From a virus (lineage: Duplodnaviria; Caudoviricetes), in the IMG/VR virus record IMGVR_UViG_2974625740_000001, positions 1 through 64,000 of that record: a DNA stretch of 64,000 bases; one strand, written 5' to 3'. Of the stretch, positions 1 to 9,538 are shown piece by piece; position 1 is the first letter of the stretch; every line of letters begins with the position of its first letter. The position numbers and the translations under genes are program-made. Under the pieces are notes generated by a model that worked only from the letters and a program-made list of their open reading frames with translations, was not told the origin of the DNA and did no database searches.

Positions 1-612
1 ATGGGGTCGGACCCGAACGGACGTGCGCCGAACCGGCTGCCGCCTGAACTGAGGGCCCAGGTCGTCGAGGATCTCAGGTCGGGCAAGTACGGTCGAAACG
101 AGATCGCGCGACGGAACAACGTCGGGCAGTCCACGGTGACCTACATCGCGAACCAAGAGGACCTGTCGGCTCACAAGAAGACGGACATCACCGAGGAAGC
201 GACCCGGGCGATGGCGGCCAACAACCGTCAACGTCGCGAGGTCCTCAAAGAGCAGATGTACGGCGACATTCAACGTCTGCGCGTACGGGCGTGGTCCTCC
301 TGGTCTCGCGAGGTCGTGACCAAGGAGGGCATCGAGACGCTCACGGCCGAATTGCCACCGCTTCCCGAGGTGCTGGCCGCGTACAAGGCCATCCAGATCA
401 ACCTCGATGGCATCTTCAAGCTCGACGCTCTCGACGCTGCCCAGGGCGAGTCGGCGCAGGACGCCAAGGACTTCCTGATGGAACTGCGCGAGCAGATGGG
501 CAAGGTCCGCGACGAGTTTGAGGCCAAACACGGCGTCGCGTTCGACTCGGAGGAAGCCCGCACCATCATCCAGGGCGAACTCGCCGACGACTCGGGCGGT
601 GAAGGTGCGTGA
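1..612 (+). CDS. Terminase small subunit (N-terminal HTH)
   Basis: ATG at base 1; HTH-like segment (GRNEIARRNNVGQSTVTYIA); overlaps terminase large subunit. Confidence 0.7.
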   Translation: MGSDPNGRAPNRLPPELRAQVVEDLRSGKYGRNEIARRNNVGQSTVTYIANQEDLSAHKKTDITEEATRAMAANNRQRREVLKEQMYGDIQRLRVRAWSSWSREVVTKEGIETLTAELPPLPEVLAAYKAIQINLDGIFKLDALDAAQGESAQDAKDFLMELREQMGKVRDEFEAKHGVAFDSEEARTIIQGELADDSGGEGA

Positions 613-1903
613 GCTGGGCAAGCTGACGGCGATGATGTCACCGCGCCAGGTGGTCAGCATCCTCGACAGTGAAGCCCGAATCAACGTGTGGCACGGCGCG
701 ATCCGGTCCGGCAAGACCTTTGCCAGCCTGGTCGCGTTCCTGATGGCGGTGGCCGTGGCACCGAGCGCCGGTTTGATCGTCATCGCTGGCCGCACGCTCG
801 ACACGATCGGGCGCAACGTGCTGGAGCCGATCACAGACGACGGCGTTATGGGTCGGCTGCTTTCGAAGCACGTCAAGTGGACCGCTGGCGCGACCGTCTG
901 CAAGATCTTCGGCCGGACGATCCACTTGATCGGCGCGAACGACAAGCAGGCCGAGGGCAAGCTTCGAGGTGCGACGGTCTGCCTGGCGTACGTCGACGAA
1001 GCGACCCTGCTGCCGTACGACTTCTTCCGCCAGATGCTCGGCCGCATGTCCGTCAAGGGCGCGCGGATGTTTGCCACGACGAACCCGGACAACCCGGCGC
1101 ACTGGCTCCGCAAGGAGTACATCAGCCGCCAAGGCGAGCTGAACCTGAGGCACTGGAAGTTCGGCATCGACGACAACCCGTCGCTTGACCCGGACTACGT
1201 GCGTGACCTCAAGTCCGAGTACACGGGCCTGTGGTACAAGCGGTTCATCCTGGGCAACTGGGTCCAGTCCGAGGGCGCGGTCTACGAGATGTGGGACGAA
1301 GACCGCATGGTCGTCGACGTCTTGCCCATGATGGTGAAGTGGCTGGCCGTCGGCATCGACTACGGCACCACCAACCCGTTCAGCGCGCTGACCCTGGGGC
1401 TCGGCGCGGACAAGCGGCTGTACCTTGCCCGCGAGTACCGCTGGGACTCCAAGCTGAAAAAGCGGCAGCTCACTGACGTCGAGTACTCCCGGCAGGTTCG
1501 CGAGTTCCTGGCGCAACACCCGGTGCCCGGCTCGACGCTCAAGGGCGTGCGCCCCGAATGGTGGGTCCTCGACCCGTCAGCGGCCAGCTTCCGGATTCAG
1601 CTCTACGAGGACGGCGTGACGGCACGGCTGGCCAACAACGAGGTCAAGTCGGGCATCAACACGTTTGGCTCGCTGCTGACCACGGACCGGCTCAAGGTGC
1701 ACAGGTCGTGTGCTGGCTTTATCGACGAGATCCCCGGGTATTCGTGGGACGAGAAGGCCAGCGGCAAGGGCAACGACGAGCCGATCAAGTCGGACGACCA
1801 CAGCCTGGACGCCGGACGCTACGCCGTGTTCACGACCCGACCCATCTGGAACGGCATGTTGAGGGCCCCGGTTCTCCCCGAGGACATGGAGCAGGCAGCA
1901 TGA
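605..1903 (+). CDS. terL: Terminase large subunit
   Basis: Walker A GAIRSGKT, Walker B YVDE, TTNPD motif, nuclease motifs GIDYG and DDHSLDAGRY; GTG start at 605 inferred from overlap with upstream stop. Confidence 0.95.
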   Translation: MRELGKLTAMMSPRQVVSILDSEARINVWHGAIRSGKTFASLVAFLMAVAVAPSAGLIVIAGRTLDTIGRNVLEPITDDGVMGRLLSKHVKWTAGATVCKIFGRTIHLIGANDKQAEGKLRGATVCLAYVDEATLLPYDFFRQMLGRMSVKGARMFATTNPDNPAHWLRKEYISRQGELNLRHWKFGIDDNPSLDPDYVRDLKSEYTGLWYKRFILGNWVQSEGAVYEMWDEDRMVVDVLPMMVKWLAVGIDYGTTNPFSALTLGLGADKRLYLAREYRWDSKLKKRQLTDVEYSRQVREFLAQHPVPGSTLKGVRPEWWVLDPSAASFRIQLYEDGVTARLANNEVKSGINTFGSLLTTDRLKVHRSCAGFIDEIPGYSWDEKASGKGNDEPIKSDDHSLDAGRYAVFTTRPIWNGMLRAPVLPEDMEQAA

Positions 1904-1954
1904 CCAAACGTCAATCGTCAATAGTTGCTGTGAGCGCACCGGGGAGGTGGCGGC

Positions 1955-3595
1955 GTGCCTCTGCCTGACAACAACCCGGTTTGGCCCCCGGCTGAGTGCA
2001 AGAAAGCCGACAGGCACTACCGGGAGTGGGGCGCGTGGTACTCCGGCGACCCGCAGGAGCTGCGCAAGTTCTACCAGGTGTCCAACGGATTCGGGGCGAT
2101 GATCGACCCGAAGCAGTACCCGGACAGCGCGAACAACATGCTCGACCAGACCTCGCGCTTCTTCTGGGGCAACCCGCCCGAGCCGGGCAGTCTGCGTGAC
2201 GCCAAGCTGCACATTCCGCTCGCTGGCGACATCGCGTCGACCAGCGCGGATCTGCTGTTCGGCGAACCTCCGGCGTTCACGATCCCCGAGGACCTGGACG
2301 GTGCAGAGAACACCCAGGGCCGACTCGACAAGATCGTCGAAAACGGGCTGATCCCGGTTCTGCTCGAAGGTTCCGAGATCGACAGCGCGCTGGGCGGTGT
2401 TTACCTGCGGGTGAATGCCGACCTGGAGATGGGGACGCCGGTATTCGACGCCATCCCGCCCGAAAGCGCGGTGCCGGAGTGGCGTGGTAGTCGGCTCAAG
2501 GCCGTGATGTTCTGGCGCGAGCTTCAGAACGACCAGGGCAAGGTGTACCGACACGTCGAACGGCACGAGCCGGGGTGGATCTACCACGGCTTGTACATCG
2601 GCACCGAGGAACGTCTGGGTGTCCAGGTCGACCTCAGGATGCACCCCGAGACCGAGGGATTCTATCAGCAGGTCGGCGACGCTGGCCGTGCGATGACGGG
2701 TACGGAGCTGCTCACGGCCGAGTACGTACCGAACATGCGGCCGAACCGCCTGATGCGCGGGTCGCCGCTCGGTCGCTCGGACTTTCAGAGCATCGAGCCG
2801 ACGATGGACGCCCTCGACGAGGCATGGTCGAGCCTGATGCGGGACATCCGCCTCGGCAAGTCCCGGCTGGTCGTGCCCGAGAGCTACCTGGAGTCGAACG
2901 GCCCCGGTCGAGGTGCGCGGTTCAGCGCTGAGCGCGAGCTGTTCACCCCGGTCAAGGCCATGCCGGACAACGAGGGCATCTCGATCGAAGAGGTGCAGTT
3001 CAACATCCGGGTCGACGAACACCTGACCGCGTGCCGTAACCTCGCCGTACAGGCGTTGCGCGGTGCCGGATACGCTGCCCAGACCTTCGGCGAAGGCGAC
3101 CAGGGCGGACCGGCCACGGCAACTGAAGTCCAGGCGCGCGAGCGTCGAAGCTTTGTCACCCGAGATCGCAAGATCGGGTACTGGCGACCTCCGCTCGCGC
3201 GGCTGGCACAAGCCGCGTTGCAAATGGACAAGGTCTGGTTCCGTTCGGACGCTGGCGATGTCACCGAGCAGCCGAACCTTGAGTGGCCGGACGGCGTGCA
3301 GACCGACATGGAAACCACGTCCAAGATCGTCCAGATGCTCGACGCAGCCAAGGCAATCTCGCTGCGCACCAAGATCCAGATGGTGCACCCGCAGTGGGAC
3401 AAGGACCAGGTCGAGGAAGAGATCGAGCTGATCGAGGGCGACGGAGCGGTCGAGGTCGAGGCCGACGACGACGCCGACCTTGGCGACGAACTCCCACCGG
3501 GCGACGGTCCGGCGGGTACGACCGAGGACCCTGAGGGCGGCTCTGCCCTCGACGCGGTCAACGGTCAGGCCCTGGCTCGCGCTGGGGCAGGCTGA
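1955..3595 (+). CDS. Portal protein (SPP1 gp6-like)
   Basis: Follows terL; 546 aa; GRSDF and SL.T.I...HP.W motifs typical of actinophage portals; GGAGG RBS. Confidence 0.9.
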   Translation: MPLPDNNPVWPPAECKKADRHYREWGAWYSGDPQELRKFYQVSNGFGAMIDPKQYPDSANNMLDQTSRFFWGNPPEPGSLRDAKLHIPLAGDIASTSADLLFGEPPAFTIPEDLDGAENTQGRLDKIVENGLIPVLLEGSEIDSALGGVYLRVNADLEMGTPVFDAIPPESAVPEWRGSRLKAVMFWRELQNDQGKVYRHVERHEPGWIYHGLYIGTEERLGVQVDLRMHPETEGFYQQVGDAGRAMTGTELLTAEYVPNMRPNRLMRGSPLGRSDFQSIEPTMDALDEAWSSLMRDIRLGKSRLVVPESYLESNGPGRGARFSAERELFTPVKAMPDNEGISIEEVQFNIRVDEHLTACRNLAVQALRGAGYAAQTFGEGDQGGPATATEVQARERRSFVTRDRKIGYWRPPLARLAQAALQMDKVWFRSDAGDVTEQPNLEWPDGVQTDMETTSKIVQMLDAAKAISLRTKIQMVHPQWDKDQVEEEIELIEGDGAVEVEADDDADLGDELPPGDGPAGTTEDPEGGSALDAVNGQALARAGAG

Positions 3596-4692
3596 TGTCA
3601 GTTTCCCCCGAGGACGCAGAGGACCTTGCAGCGGAGGTGGCCGACGCCTACGCGTCCGCCGAACTCGGCATCTTCGGGCGACTGGCTCAGTTCATCGGCA
3701 CCGGCCTCAACCTGGACGGTTGGTCAGCAGATCGACGCAACGCCGCAGGGCCTTTGCGTCGGGCCCTCGGCACCATGCTGTCCGGCCTGTTCAAACGAGG
3801 ACGGAAGGCAGCCAAGAAGGCTGCGGCCGAAGCAGAACGCCGGGGTGTGGCGGCAGCAGACGGGGAACTTGGAGCCCTCTCCGACGACCTTCCGCCACCC
3901 TCCGGCGTTCACAGCAAGCGCGGTGAAGGCAAGATCACCGACGACCTCAAGCGGGTCGAGTCGGCCATGGTCGATCAGTACATGTCGATCTACCACAAGG
4001 TGATCACTCAAGCGTCGGCCAAGGTCGAGGCCGGAACCACAACCCGACTCAAAGCGGCTGGCCAGGCTCTGGCCGCGTTCGCCAACGAGGGGATCACGGG
4101 CTTTGTCGACCGAGCCGGTCGCAAGTGGGAGCTGGCCACCTATGTTGAGATGGCCGTGCGCACCCAGGTCGCCAACACCATGATTGACGCTCACGCCGAC
4201 CGCATCCAGTCGGCAGGCGTTCGACTCGTGATGGTCAGCGACGCCCCGTACGAGTGCGAGAAGTGCAAGCCCTGGGAAGGCAAGATCCTTGAGATCGACG
4301 GACCCGAGGGCGCGCACGAGGTCACCGTACGCAGAGCGGGTGAACGAGGCTCGATCACGGTGCGGGTGGCGGGTTCGCTGGCGGAAGCCAGGTCGAAGGG
4401 CCTATTTCACCCCAACTGCCGACACTCGATCACCGCGTACTTGCCCGGGGTCACCCGCGCACCCGAGAAACCGGACACCAAGGGCGTCACGTACAAGGAC
4501 ACCCAACGACTTCGTCAGATCGAGCGCACCGCCAGGAAGTGGGATCGACGCAGGGCGGTGGCGTTGACTGACGAGGAGCGCGCAGCGGCTGACGCCAAGT
4601 TCAAGGAATGGCGCAAAAAGGCACGCGAGCACGCAGCCAAGACGGGGTTGCCACGCAAGACAAACCGAGAGCGTCACGACGCGACGAGGTGA
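3595..4692 (+). CDS. Minor capsid / head morphogenesis protein
   Basis: Follows portal; GRKWELATYVEMAVRT, CEKCKPWEG and GLFHPNCRH motifs. Confidence 0.85.
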   Translation: MSVSPEDAEDLAAEVADAYASAELGIFGRLAQFIGTGLNLDGWSADRRNAAGPLRRALGTMLSGLFKRGRKAAKKAAAEAERRGVAAADGELGALSDDLPPPSGVHSKRGEGKITDDLKRVESAMVDQYMSIYHKVITQASAKVEAGTTTRLKAAGQALAAFANEGITGFVDRAGRKWELATYVEMAVRTQVANTMIDAHADRIQSAGVRLVMVSDAPYECEKCKPWEGKILEIDGPEGAHEVTVRRAGERGSITVRVAGSLAEARSKGLFHPNCRHSITAYLPGVTRAPEKPDTKGVTYKDTQRLRQIERTARKWDRRRAVALTDEERAAADAKFKEWRKKAREHAAKTGLPRKTNRERHDATR

Positions 4693-4697
4693 GCAGC

Positions 4698-4787
4698 ATG
4701 AACCGTACTTGGGGACTGACCGACGTCATCATCCTGGCGACGTTCATCATCGTTCTTCTCCACTGGCTCGGGGTCAACCCGGGCTGA
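4698..4787 (+). CDS. Small hydrophobic peptide (29 aa)
   Basis: MNRTWGLTDVIILATFIIVLLHWLGVNPG; GAGGTG upstream; below ORF-track length cut-off. Confidence 0.45.
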   Translation: MNRTWGLTDVIILATFIIVLLHWLGVNPG

Positions 4788-4847
4788 CACCACGCCGGGC
4801 AGGTCGCTCGGCCGACTTAGGGCTTGACGCCCGAAATGAGGACCATC

Positions 4848-5771
4848 ATGGCGACACCCGTCGAGACTCAGCCGCCCGGAGGCCCGGAGCAGGGCACGGG
4901 AGCCCCGGAGAGCACGCCCCCGGCACCGGAGGGCCAGGGCCAGCCCGCAGGCGCTCCGGCGGCCACGGAGACCCCTTCTGGGGGCACCCCGGGCCAGCAC
5001 GGTCTTCCCGGCCAGCCCGCCCCGGACGGGGTGATCACCTCGGGCCGTGGTTCGAACCAGGACACGGCCCCCCAGACCCCTGCGGCTCCGTCGGCCACCC
5101 CGTCACCGACGGAGCCGCAGGGCCAGACCCCCGCCACCCCGGCGGCAGGTCAGCAGGTCGAGGACCTGCCGGACTGGGCCCAGAAGATCATCAAGGACGC
5201 CCGGGACGACGCGGCCAAGGCACGGGTCAACGCCAAGACGGCAGCAGCCGACGAGGCCCGCAAGGCCATGGCCCAGGACATCGCCAAGGCCCTGGGCATC
5301 ACGACCGACGAGACTCCCGCCGAAGAGCAGCTCGACCCGGACCAGCTCCGCGACCTGCTGGCGGGTGAGCGCAACACCGCCAAGATGGCGCGTGTCGAAC
5401 TTGCCGTGTACCGCACGGCGCAGGGTGGCGGCAACTTCAACGCCGCTGCCCTCCTGGACAGCCGGGCGTTCCTCGACTCCATCAAGGACGTCGACCCCTC
5501 GGACGCCGAGGCTCTCACCGCGAAGATCGCGGAGGCCGTCCAGGCGCAACCCTGGCTTCAGGTGCAGCCCGCACCTGCGGCCGACCCGGCGGCACAGCCC
5601 GCCACCCCCCAGGGTGCGGCTCCGGTCGCACCCGCCGCACCGGCCCCCGCGCCGGTCGCAGTACCCCCCTCGGGCGGTCAGTTCGCTGGTGGACCCGGCG
5701 CGCAGCCGCAGGATCTTTCGACCATGTCGATCGACGACTTCCGTCGCCTGCGGCGGAGCCCCCGTTCCTAA
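4848..5771 (+). CDS. Capsid scaffolding protein
   Basis: Pro/Ala-rich ends, LPDWAQKIIKDARDDAAKARV coiled segment, LLDSRAF motif; directly before capsid gene. Confidence 0.8.
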   Translation: MATPVETQPPGGPEQGTGAPESTPPAPEGQGQPAGAPAATETPSGGTPGQHGLPGQPAPDGVITSGRGSNQDTAPQTPAAPSATPSPTEPQGQTPATPAAGQQVEDLPDWAQKIIKDARDDAAKARVNAKTAAADEARKAMAQDIAKALGITTDETPAEEQLDPDQLRDLLAGERNTAKMARVELAVYRTAQGGGNFNAAALLDSRAFLDSIKDVDPSDAEALTAKIAEAVQAQPWLQVQPAPAADPAAQPATPQGAAPVAPAAPAPAPVAVPPSGGQFAGGPGAQPQDLSTMSIDDFRRLRRSPRS

Positions 5772-5799
5772 CCCTTCAGCAACCAAGGAGTGAGCCCCC

Positions 5800-6735
5800 G
5801 TGGCCAACACCTTCCTGACGCCCGACATCATCGCGCGGGCCGCTCTGGCAACCCTCTACGAGACCACGGTCATGCCGAACCTGGTCTACCGCGACTACGA
5901 GTCCGAGTTCCAGCAGGTCGGCGACACCATCACCATCCGGAAGCCCACCACGTTCACGGCGCAGGAGTACAACCGCCAGGACGGCATCGTCGTCCAGAAC
6001 GCGACGGAGACCGGCGTCCCGCTGACGCTCAACCACTTCGCCGACGTGTCGTTCGCGGTCACGTCCGAGGACCTCACGCTCAACATCCTCGACTTCGGCG
6101 AGCAGCTCCTGAACCCGGCGATGGAGGCGATCAGCCAGAAGATCGACCGGGACCTGCACGCGGACGCCGTGGCGAACGTGACGCAGGAGGTCGGCGTGGT
6201 CGGCGGTACGAACCCGCCGCTGCCGGGCACCAACGAGTACGCGTGGGACAACCCGCGCGTCGCGATCGACGCCGGTCGTGTGCTCACGCAGCGCAACGTG
6301 CCGACCAACAACCGCCGGATCGTCATCGGCCCGATCACCCAGGCCGCGTGGCTCGGTGACGACCTGTTCAACCGCGCCGACGCCCGTGGTGACACGGAGG
6401 GCCTGCGCGAGGCGAACCTGGGTCGTCGCGTGTTCGGGTTCGACCCGTACGTGTCGCAGAACGTCACCCCGCCCACGGCGGTCAGCGGCGAGTCCTCGAC
6501 CGAGGTCGGCCTGGCGTTCCACAACACCGCCATCGCCCTCGCGTTCCGTCCGCTGGCGCTCCCCCGAGGTGCGCAGAACGCGGCGATCGCGAACTACAAG
6601 GGCTTCGGTCTGCGCGTGGTCTACGACTACGACATCGACCAGAAGCAGGACGTCGTCTCGATCGACTGCCTGTACGGCACCAAGGTCATCGACCCGAACC
6701 GCGCCGTCCTGATCAAGGGCGCGGACAACGCCTGA
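5800..6735 (+). CDS. Major capsid protein (P22 gp5-like)
   Basis: GDTITIRKP motif, C-terminal DVVSIDCLYG; strong codon bias; AAGGAG RBS. Confidence 0.9.
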   Translation: MANTFLTPDIIARAALATLYETTVMPNLVYRDYESEFQQVGDTITIRKPTTFTAQEYNRQDGIVVQNATETGVPLTLNHFADVSFAVTSEDLTLNILDFGEQLLNPAMEAISQKIDRDLHADAVANVTQEVGVVGGTNPPLPGTNEYAWDNPRVAIDAGRVLTQRNVPTNNRRIVIGPITQAAWLGDDLFNRADARGDTEGLREANLGRRVFGFDPYVSQNVTPPTAVSGESSTEVGLAFHNTAIALAFRPLALPRGAQNAAIANYKGFGLRVVYDYDIDQKQDVVSIDCLYGTKVIDPNRAVLIKGADNA

Positions 6736-6742
6736 TCGGCTG

Positions 6743-6762
6743 GGGACGACTGAGGTCGTCCC
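6743..6762 (+). terminator. Hairpin after capsid gene
   Basis: GGGACGAC-TGAG-GTCGTCCC perfect stem. Confidence 0.5.
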
Positions 6763-6799
6763 CGCCCGGTCCCACCCTCGTGAAGGAAGGACATCAACC

Positions 6800-7168
6800 A
6801 TGGCCGTAGGCCGTAGGTTCCACTCGGTGACGCAGCGGCTGACCGGTGCCCCGGTCGCCACGGGCGACACGGTCGTCTGGCGTGCCCCCTGGCCCTGCCG
6901 GGTGACCCACATCCGGGCGTACCGTACCGGCGGTGCGGCGAACGCCGTCAACGCCAAGATCAACAGCACCAACGTGCTGAGTGCCAACCTGACCGCCGGT
7001 TCGTCGGCGTTCGCGTCCGGCGCGACCGACCAGACGGACGACGCCGGGGTCGGTTCCGGCAAGATGGCCGCCGGGGACGTTCTCGCGTTCACCGTGGTCT
7101 CCGGTGACGGCACCCTGCTGGTGCTCCAGGCCGACATCGAGATCGACAAGGACGTCACCGAGCTGTGA
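6800..7168 (+). CDS. Putative virion structural protein
   Basis: Strong RBS and codon bias; beta-rich Ala/Thr/Gly composition; follows capsid gene. Confidence 0.6.
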   Translation: MAVGRRFHSVTQRLTGAPVATGDTVVWRAPWPCRVTHIRAYRTGGAANAVNAKINSTNVLSANLTAGSSAFASGATDQTDDAGVGSGKMAAGDVLAFTVVSGDGTLLVLQADIEIDKDVTEL

Positions 7169-7176
7169 CGCGGCAC

Positions 7177-7202
7177 GGGCGGGGGTGGTGGCACCCCCGC
7201 CC
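7177..7202 (+). terminator. Intergenic hairpin
   Basis: GGGCGGGGGTG-GTGG-CACCCCCGCCC perfect 11-bp stem. Confidence 0.55.
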
Positions 7203-7221
7203 ATCGGGAGGGTAACCGAAC

Positions 7222-7731
7222 ATGGCACTCAAGAGCGCTCTGGCCATCTCGGCGAGCGCCACACTCACGGGAACGACCGACCTCGCGTCGATCAGCTCCC
7301 CGCTCAGCTTCAGCCGTGCGGTGCAGCTCGCCAGCGGCACCGGAGCGGGCAAGGCCGACCGGATGTTCGCGGACACGCGCACCCTGGCGGCCAGCGCGAC
7401 CGAGGACCTGGACCTGTCGGGTGCCCTGCTCGACGCCCTGGGCGGCTCGGCGGCGTTCGTCCGCATCAAGGCCCTCGTCATTGCGGCCGACAAGGACAAC
7501 ACCAACAACGTCATCTTCGGTGCGGCCTCGGCGAACGCCTGGGCGACCCTGCTGAACAGCACCGGAACCGTCACGCTGCGACCGGGCGCAGCAGCGTGCT
7601 TCATGGCTGGTGTCGCCGACGCCACCGGGTGGGGCGTGACGGCCGGAACGGGCGACCTGCTGAAGGTCGCGAACAGCGCGGGCAGCACGTCGGTCAACTA
7701 CGACATCGTGGTCATCGGCAACTCCGCCTGA
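7222..7731 (+). CDS. Putative virion structural protein
   Basis: 169 aa Ala/Thr/Gly/Ser-rich; GGAGG RBS; strong codon bias. Confidence 0.6.
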   Translation: MALKSALAISASATLTGTTDLASISSPLSFSRAVQLASGTGAGKADRMFADTRTLAASATEDLDLSGALLDALGGSAAFVRIKALVIAADKDNTNNVIFGAASANAWATLLNSTGTVTLRPGAAACFMAGVADATGWGVTAGTGDLLKVANSAGSTSVNYDIVVIGNSA

Positions 7732-7747
7732 CATCAAGGAGGTGTGC

Positions 7748-8233
7748 ATGCCTGGCTTTTCGGCTTTGTGCCGCCGACATCAGGTGAAACCCGGGCCTTT
7801 GGTCCACGTCGGCAACGCTCAAGGCCGCGAGATACCCGAGTACTACGAGGCCGGTTTCACCAACATCACCGTGGTGGAGTCGGCCCCTGATCGGGTCCGG
7901 GCGTTGCGCACCCGCTTTCCCGGGGTGGACGTTCAAGAGGTGACGGGCGAGGTTGGGTTCCGGCTTGACGCCGCGTGCCCGCTCGCCCACGTTGCTGTTG
8001 TGAACATTCCGGGTCACGAATTGGCCGTCCTGGAGTTTGCACCCTGGGACAGCCTGCGCCTGTTGATCGTGGTCACGTCCGCTTCTGATAACTCCGCCGG
8101 AGCCAGCTCGTACGACCTCCTGACCGAGGTCGCCACGACGCGCGGTTTCGTGGAGGTCGACCGGTGGAAGCGTACGGCCGACGCAGATCTCGATGTCGCA
8201 TTCGTAAAACTCGGAAGGGACGAGCATCAATGA
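7748..8233 (+). CDS. Degenerate FkbM-like methyltransferase
   Basis: LVHVGNAQGRE...TVVES.P resembles the SAM-binding HVGAHxG..E.xP motif; VNIPGHELAVL resembles IDxQGxELxVL; weaker codon bias. Confidence 0.45.
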   Translation: MPGFSALCRRHQVKPGPLVHVGNAQGREIPEYYEAGFTNITVVESAPDRVRALRTRFPGVDVQEVTGEVGFRLDAACPLAHVAVVNIPGHELAVLEFAPWDSLRLLIVVTSASDNSAGASSYDLLTEVATTRGFVEVDRWKRTADADLDVAFVKLGRDEHQ

Positions 8234-9057
8234 GCGACGAGAACCAGACCCCGGACGACGAGCCGACCTCGTACCGGTACTTCAACAAGAACAACGGCGA
8301 CGTCGTCGAGTACCCCAAGAAGCACACCCGCCTGGAGTACCTCCAGAACTGGGTGCGCGTCGAGGACGACGACCACCTGGCCGAACTCCAGAAGGACAAC
8401 GACCGGAACGGGCGGGGCAACCTGCTGGGGTCGGCCAGCATCGGCGACCGCATCGAGCCGCGTCACCAGGTCCCGCCGGAGACCTTCCAGCCCAAGGTCG
8501 AGTACACCCGTCCGTCGATGACCGAGCTGCCGAAGGATCGCCTCGACCCCGAGGAGTACCGCAAGGACGAGCAGCCCGCCGTGGTCACGGTCGACCCCTC
8601 GAAGCAGACGGAGCCGATCGCGGGCGAGGGCAAGCGCGACCTGAAGGCCGTGGTCCTCGACGAGAACCTCGACATGACGCCCGGTTCGAAGCCGATCGGG
8701 GCGGGTGCCGAGGACGGCGTTCTCGCCCGTGCGCACCCCGAGCTGGAGGGCGTCGAGGAGCGTCGGCAAGCGATGATCAAGGAGCAGCAGGCCGGACAGG
8801 AGAAGGGCGACCCGGACGCCGGTCACACGGCGGTCCAGGAGCGTCCGGCGAACGGCGACGACGCCAGCACCAAGCATGGCGTCACCCAGGGCACGGAGAC
8901 CCCCGACGAGACCCGGGGCGACCCCGACCCGAACAACCGTCCGGCGCGCTCGGCCACCAAGTCGGAGTGGGTCAACTGGGCCGTCGAGTGCGGTGCGGAT
9001 CGATCCGACGCCGAGAACATGACCAAGACGGACCTGATCGAGGTCTACGGAGACTGA
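8230..9057 (+). CDS. Acidic, largely disordered protein with C-terminal helix-extension-helix-like motif
   Basis: C-terminus RPARSATKSEWVNWAVECGADRSDAENMTKTDLIEVYG. Confidence 0.55.
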   Translation: MSDENQTPDDEPTSYRYFNKNNGDVVEYPKKHTRLEYLQNWVRVEDDDHLAELQKDNDRNGRGNLLGSASIGDRIEPRHQVPPETFQPKVEYTRPSMTELPKDRLDPEEYRKDEQPAVVTVDPSKQTEPIAGEGKRDLKAVVLDENLDMTPGSKPIGAGAEDGVLARAHPELEGVEERRQAMIKEQQAGQEKGDPDAGHTAVQERPANGDDASTKHGVTQGTETPDETRGDPDPNNRPARSATKSEWVNWAVECGADRSDAENMTKTDLIEVYGD

Positions 9058-9070
9058 GGAGTCCTCAACC

Positions 9071-9520
9071 ATGGCCAACCTGGTCACCAACATCGGCAAG
9101 GGCCGGTTCGTCCATTACGCCACCCTCCCCGCGACGAATGACGCGCTCATCGCCGTTGTTCTGGAGGCGACCGGGCTGGAGGCGGACGACGCACTTCAGG
9201 ACTACGACGACCTCGCCGCTCTGCTGGCCGGTGCCAGCAACGAGCAGACGACCATGGGTCGCAAGACCCTGGCCAACGTCACGGTGAACGTCAACGACAC
9301 GGCCAACACGGCGTCGATCGACTGCGACGACGTCACCTGGACGGCGGCCACGGGCAACGCGACCGGCAAGCTGGTCGTCTGCTACGACCCGGACACGACG
9401 GCCGGTACCGACAGCTCCATCATCCCGCTCACGCTGCACGACTTCAGCGTGACGCCGGACGGCACGGACATCACCGTGCAGATCAACGCGGCCGGACTCG
9501 CGACGGCTGCGAACGCGTGA
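9071..9520 (+). CDS. Putative virion structural (fibre-base-like) protein
   Basis: DCDDVTWTAA and VTPDGTDIT motifs seen in small actinophage virion proteins; directly before large fibre gene. Confidence 0.55.
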   Translation: MANLVTNIGKGRFVHYATLPATNDALIAVVLEATGLEADDALQDYDDLAALLAGASNEQTTMGRKTLANVTVNVNDTANTASIDCDDVTWTAATGNATGKLVVCYDPDTTAGTDSSIIPLTLHDFSVTPDGTDITVQINAAGLATAANA

Positions 9521-9538
9521 CCCAGGGGGTGGCGGCAG

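Noticed and set aside
1910-1928. Antisense promoter from TTGACG hexamers on the minus strand of the GTCAAT repeats
   Set aside because: No plausible -10 box lies 17-18 nt downstream in either main copy.
4848-5771. Pro/Ala/Gln low-complexity repeats in the scaffold gene
   Set aside because: Typical disordered ends of actinophage scaffolding proteins.
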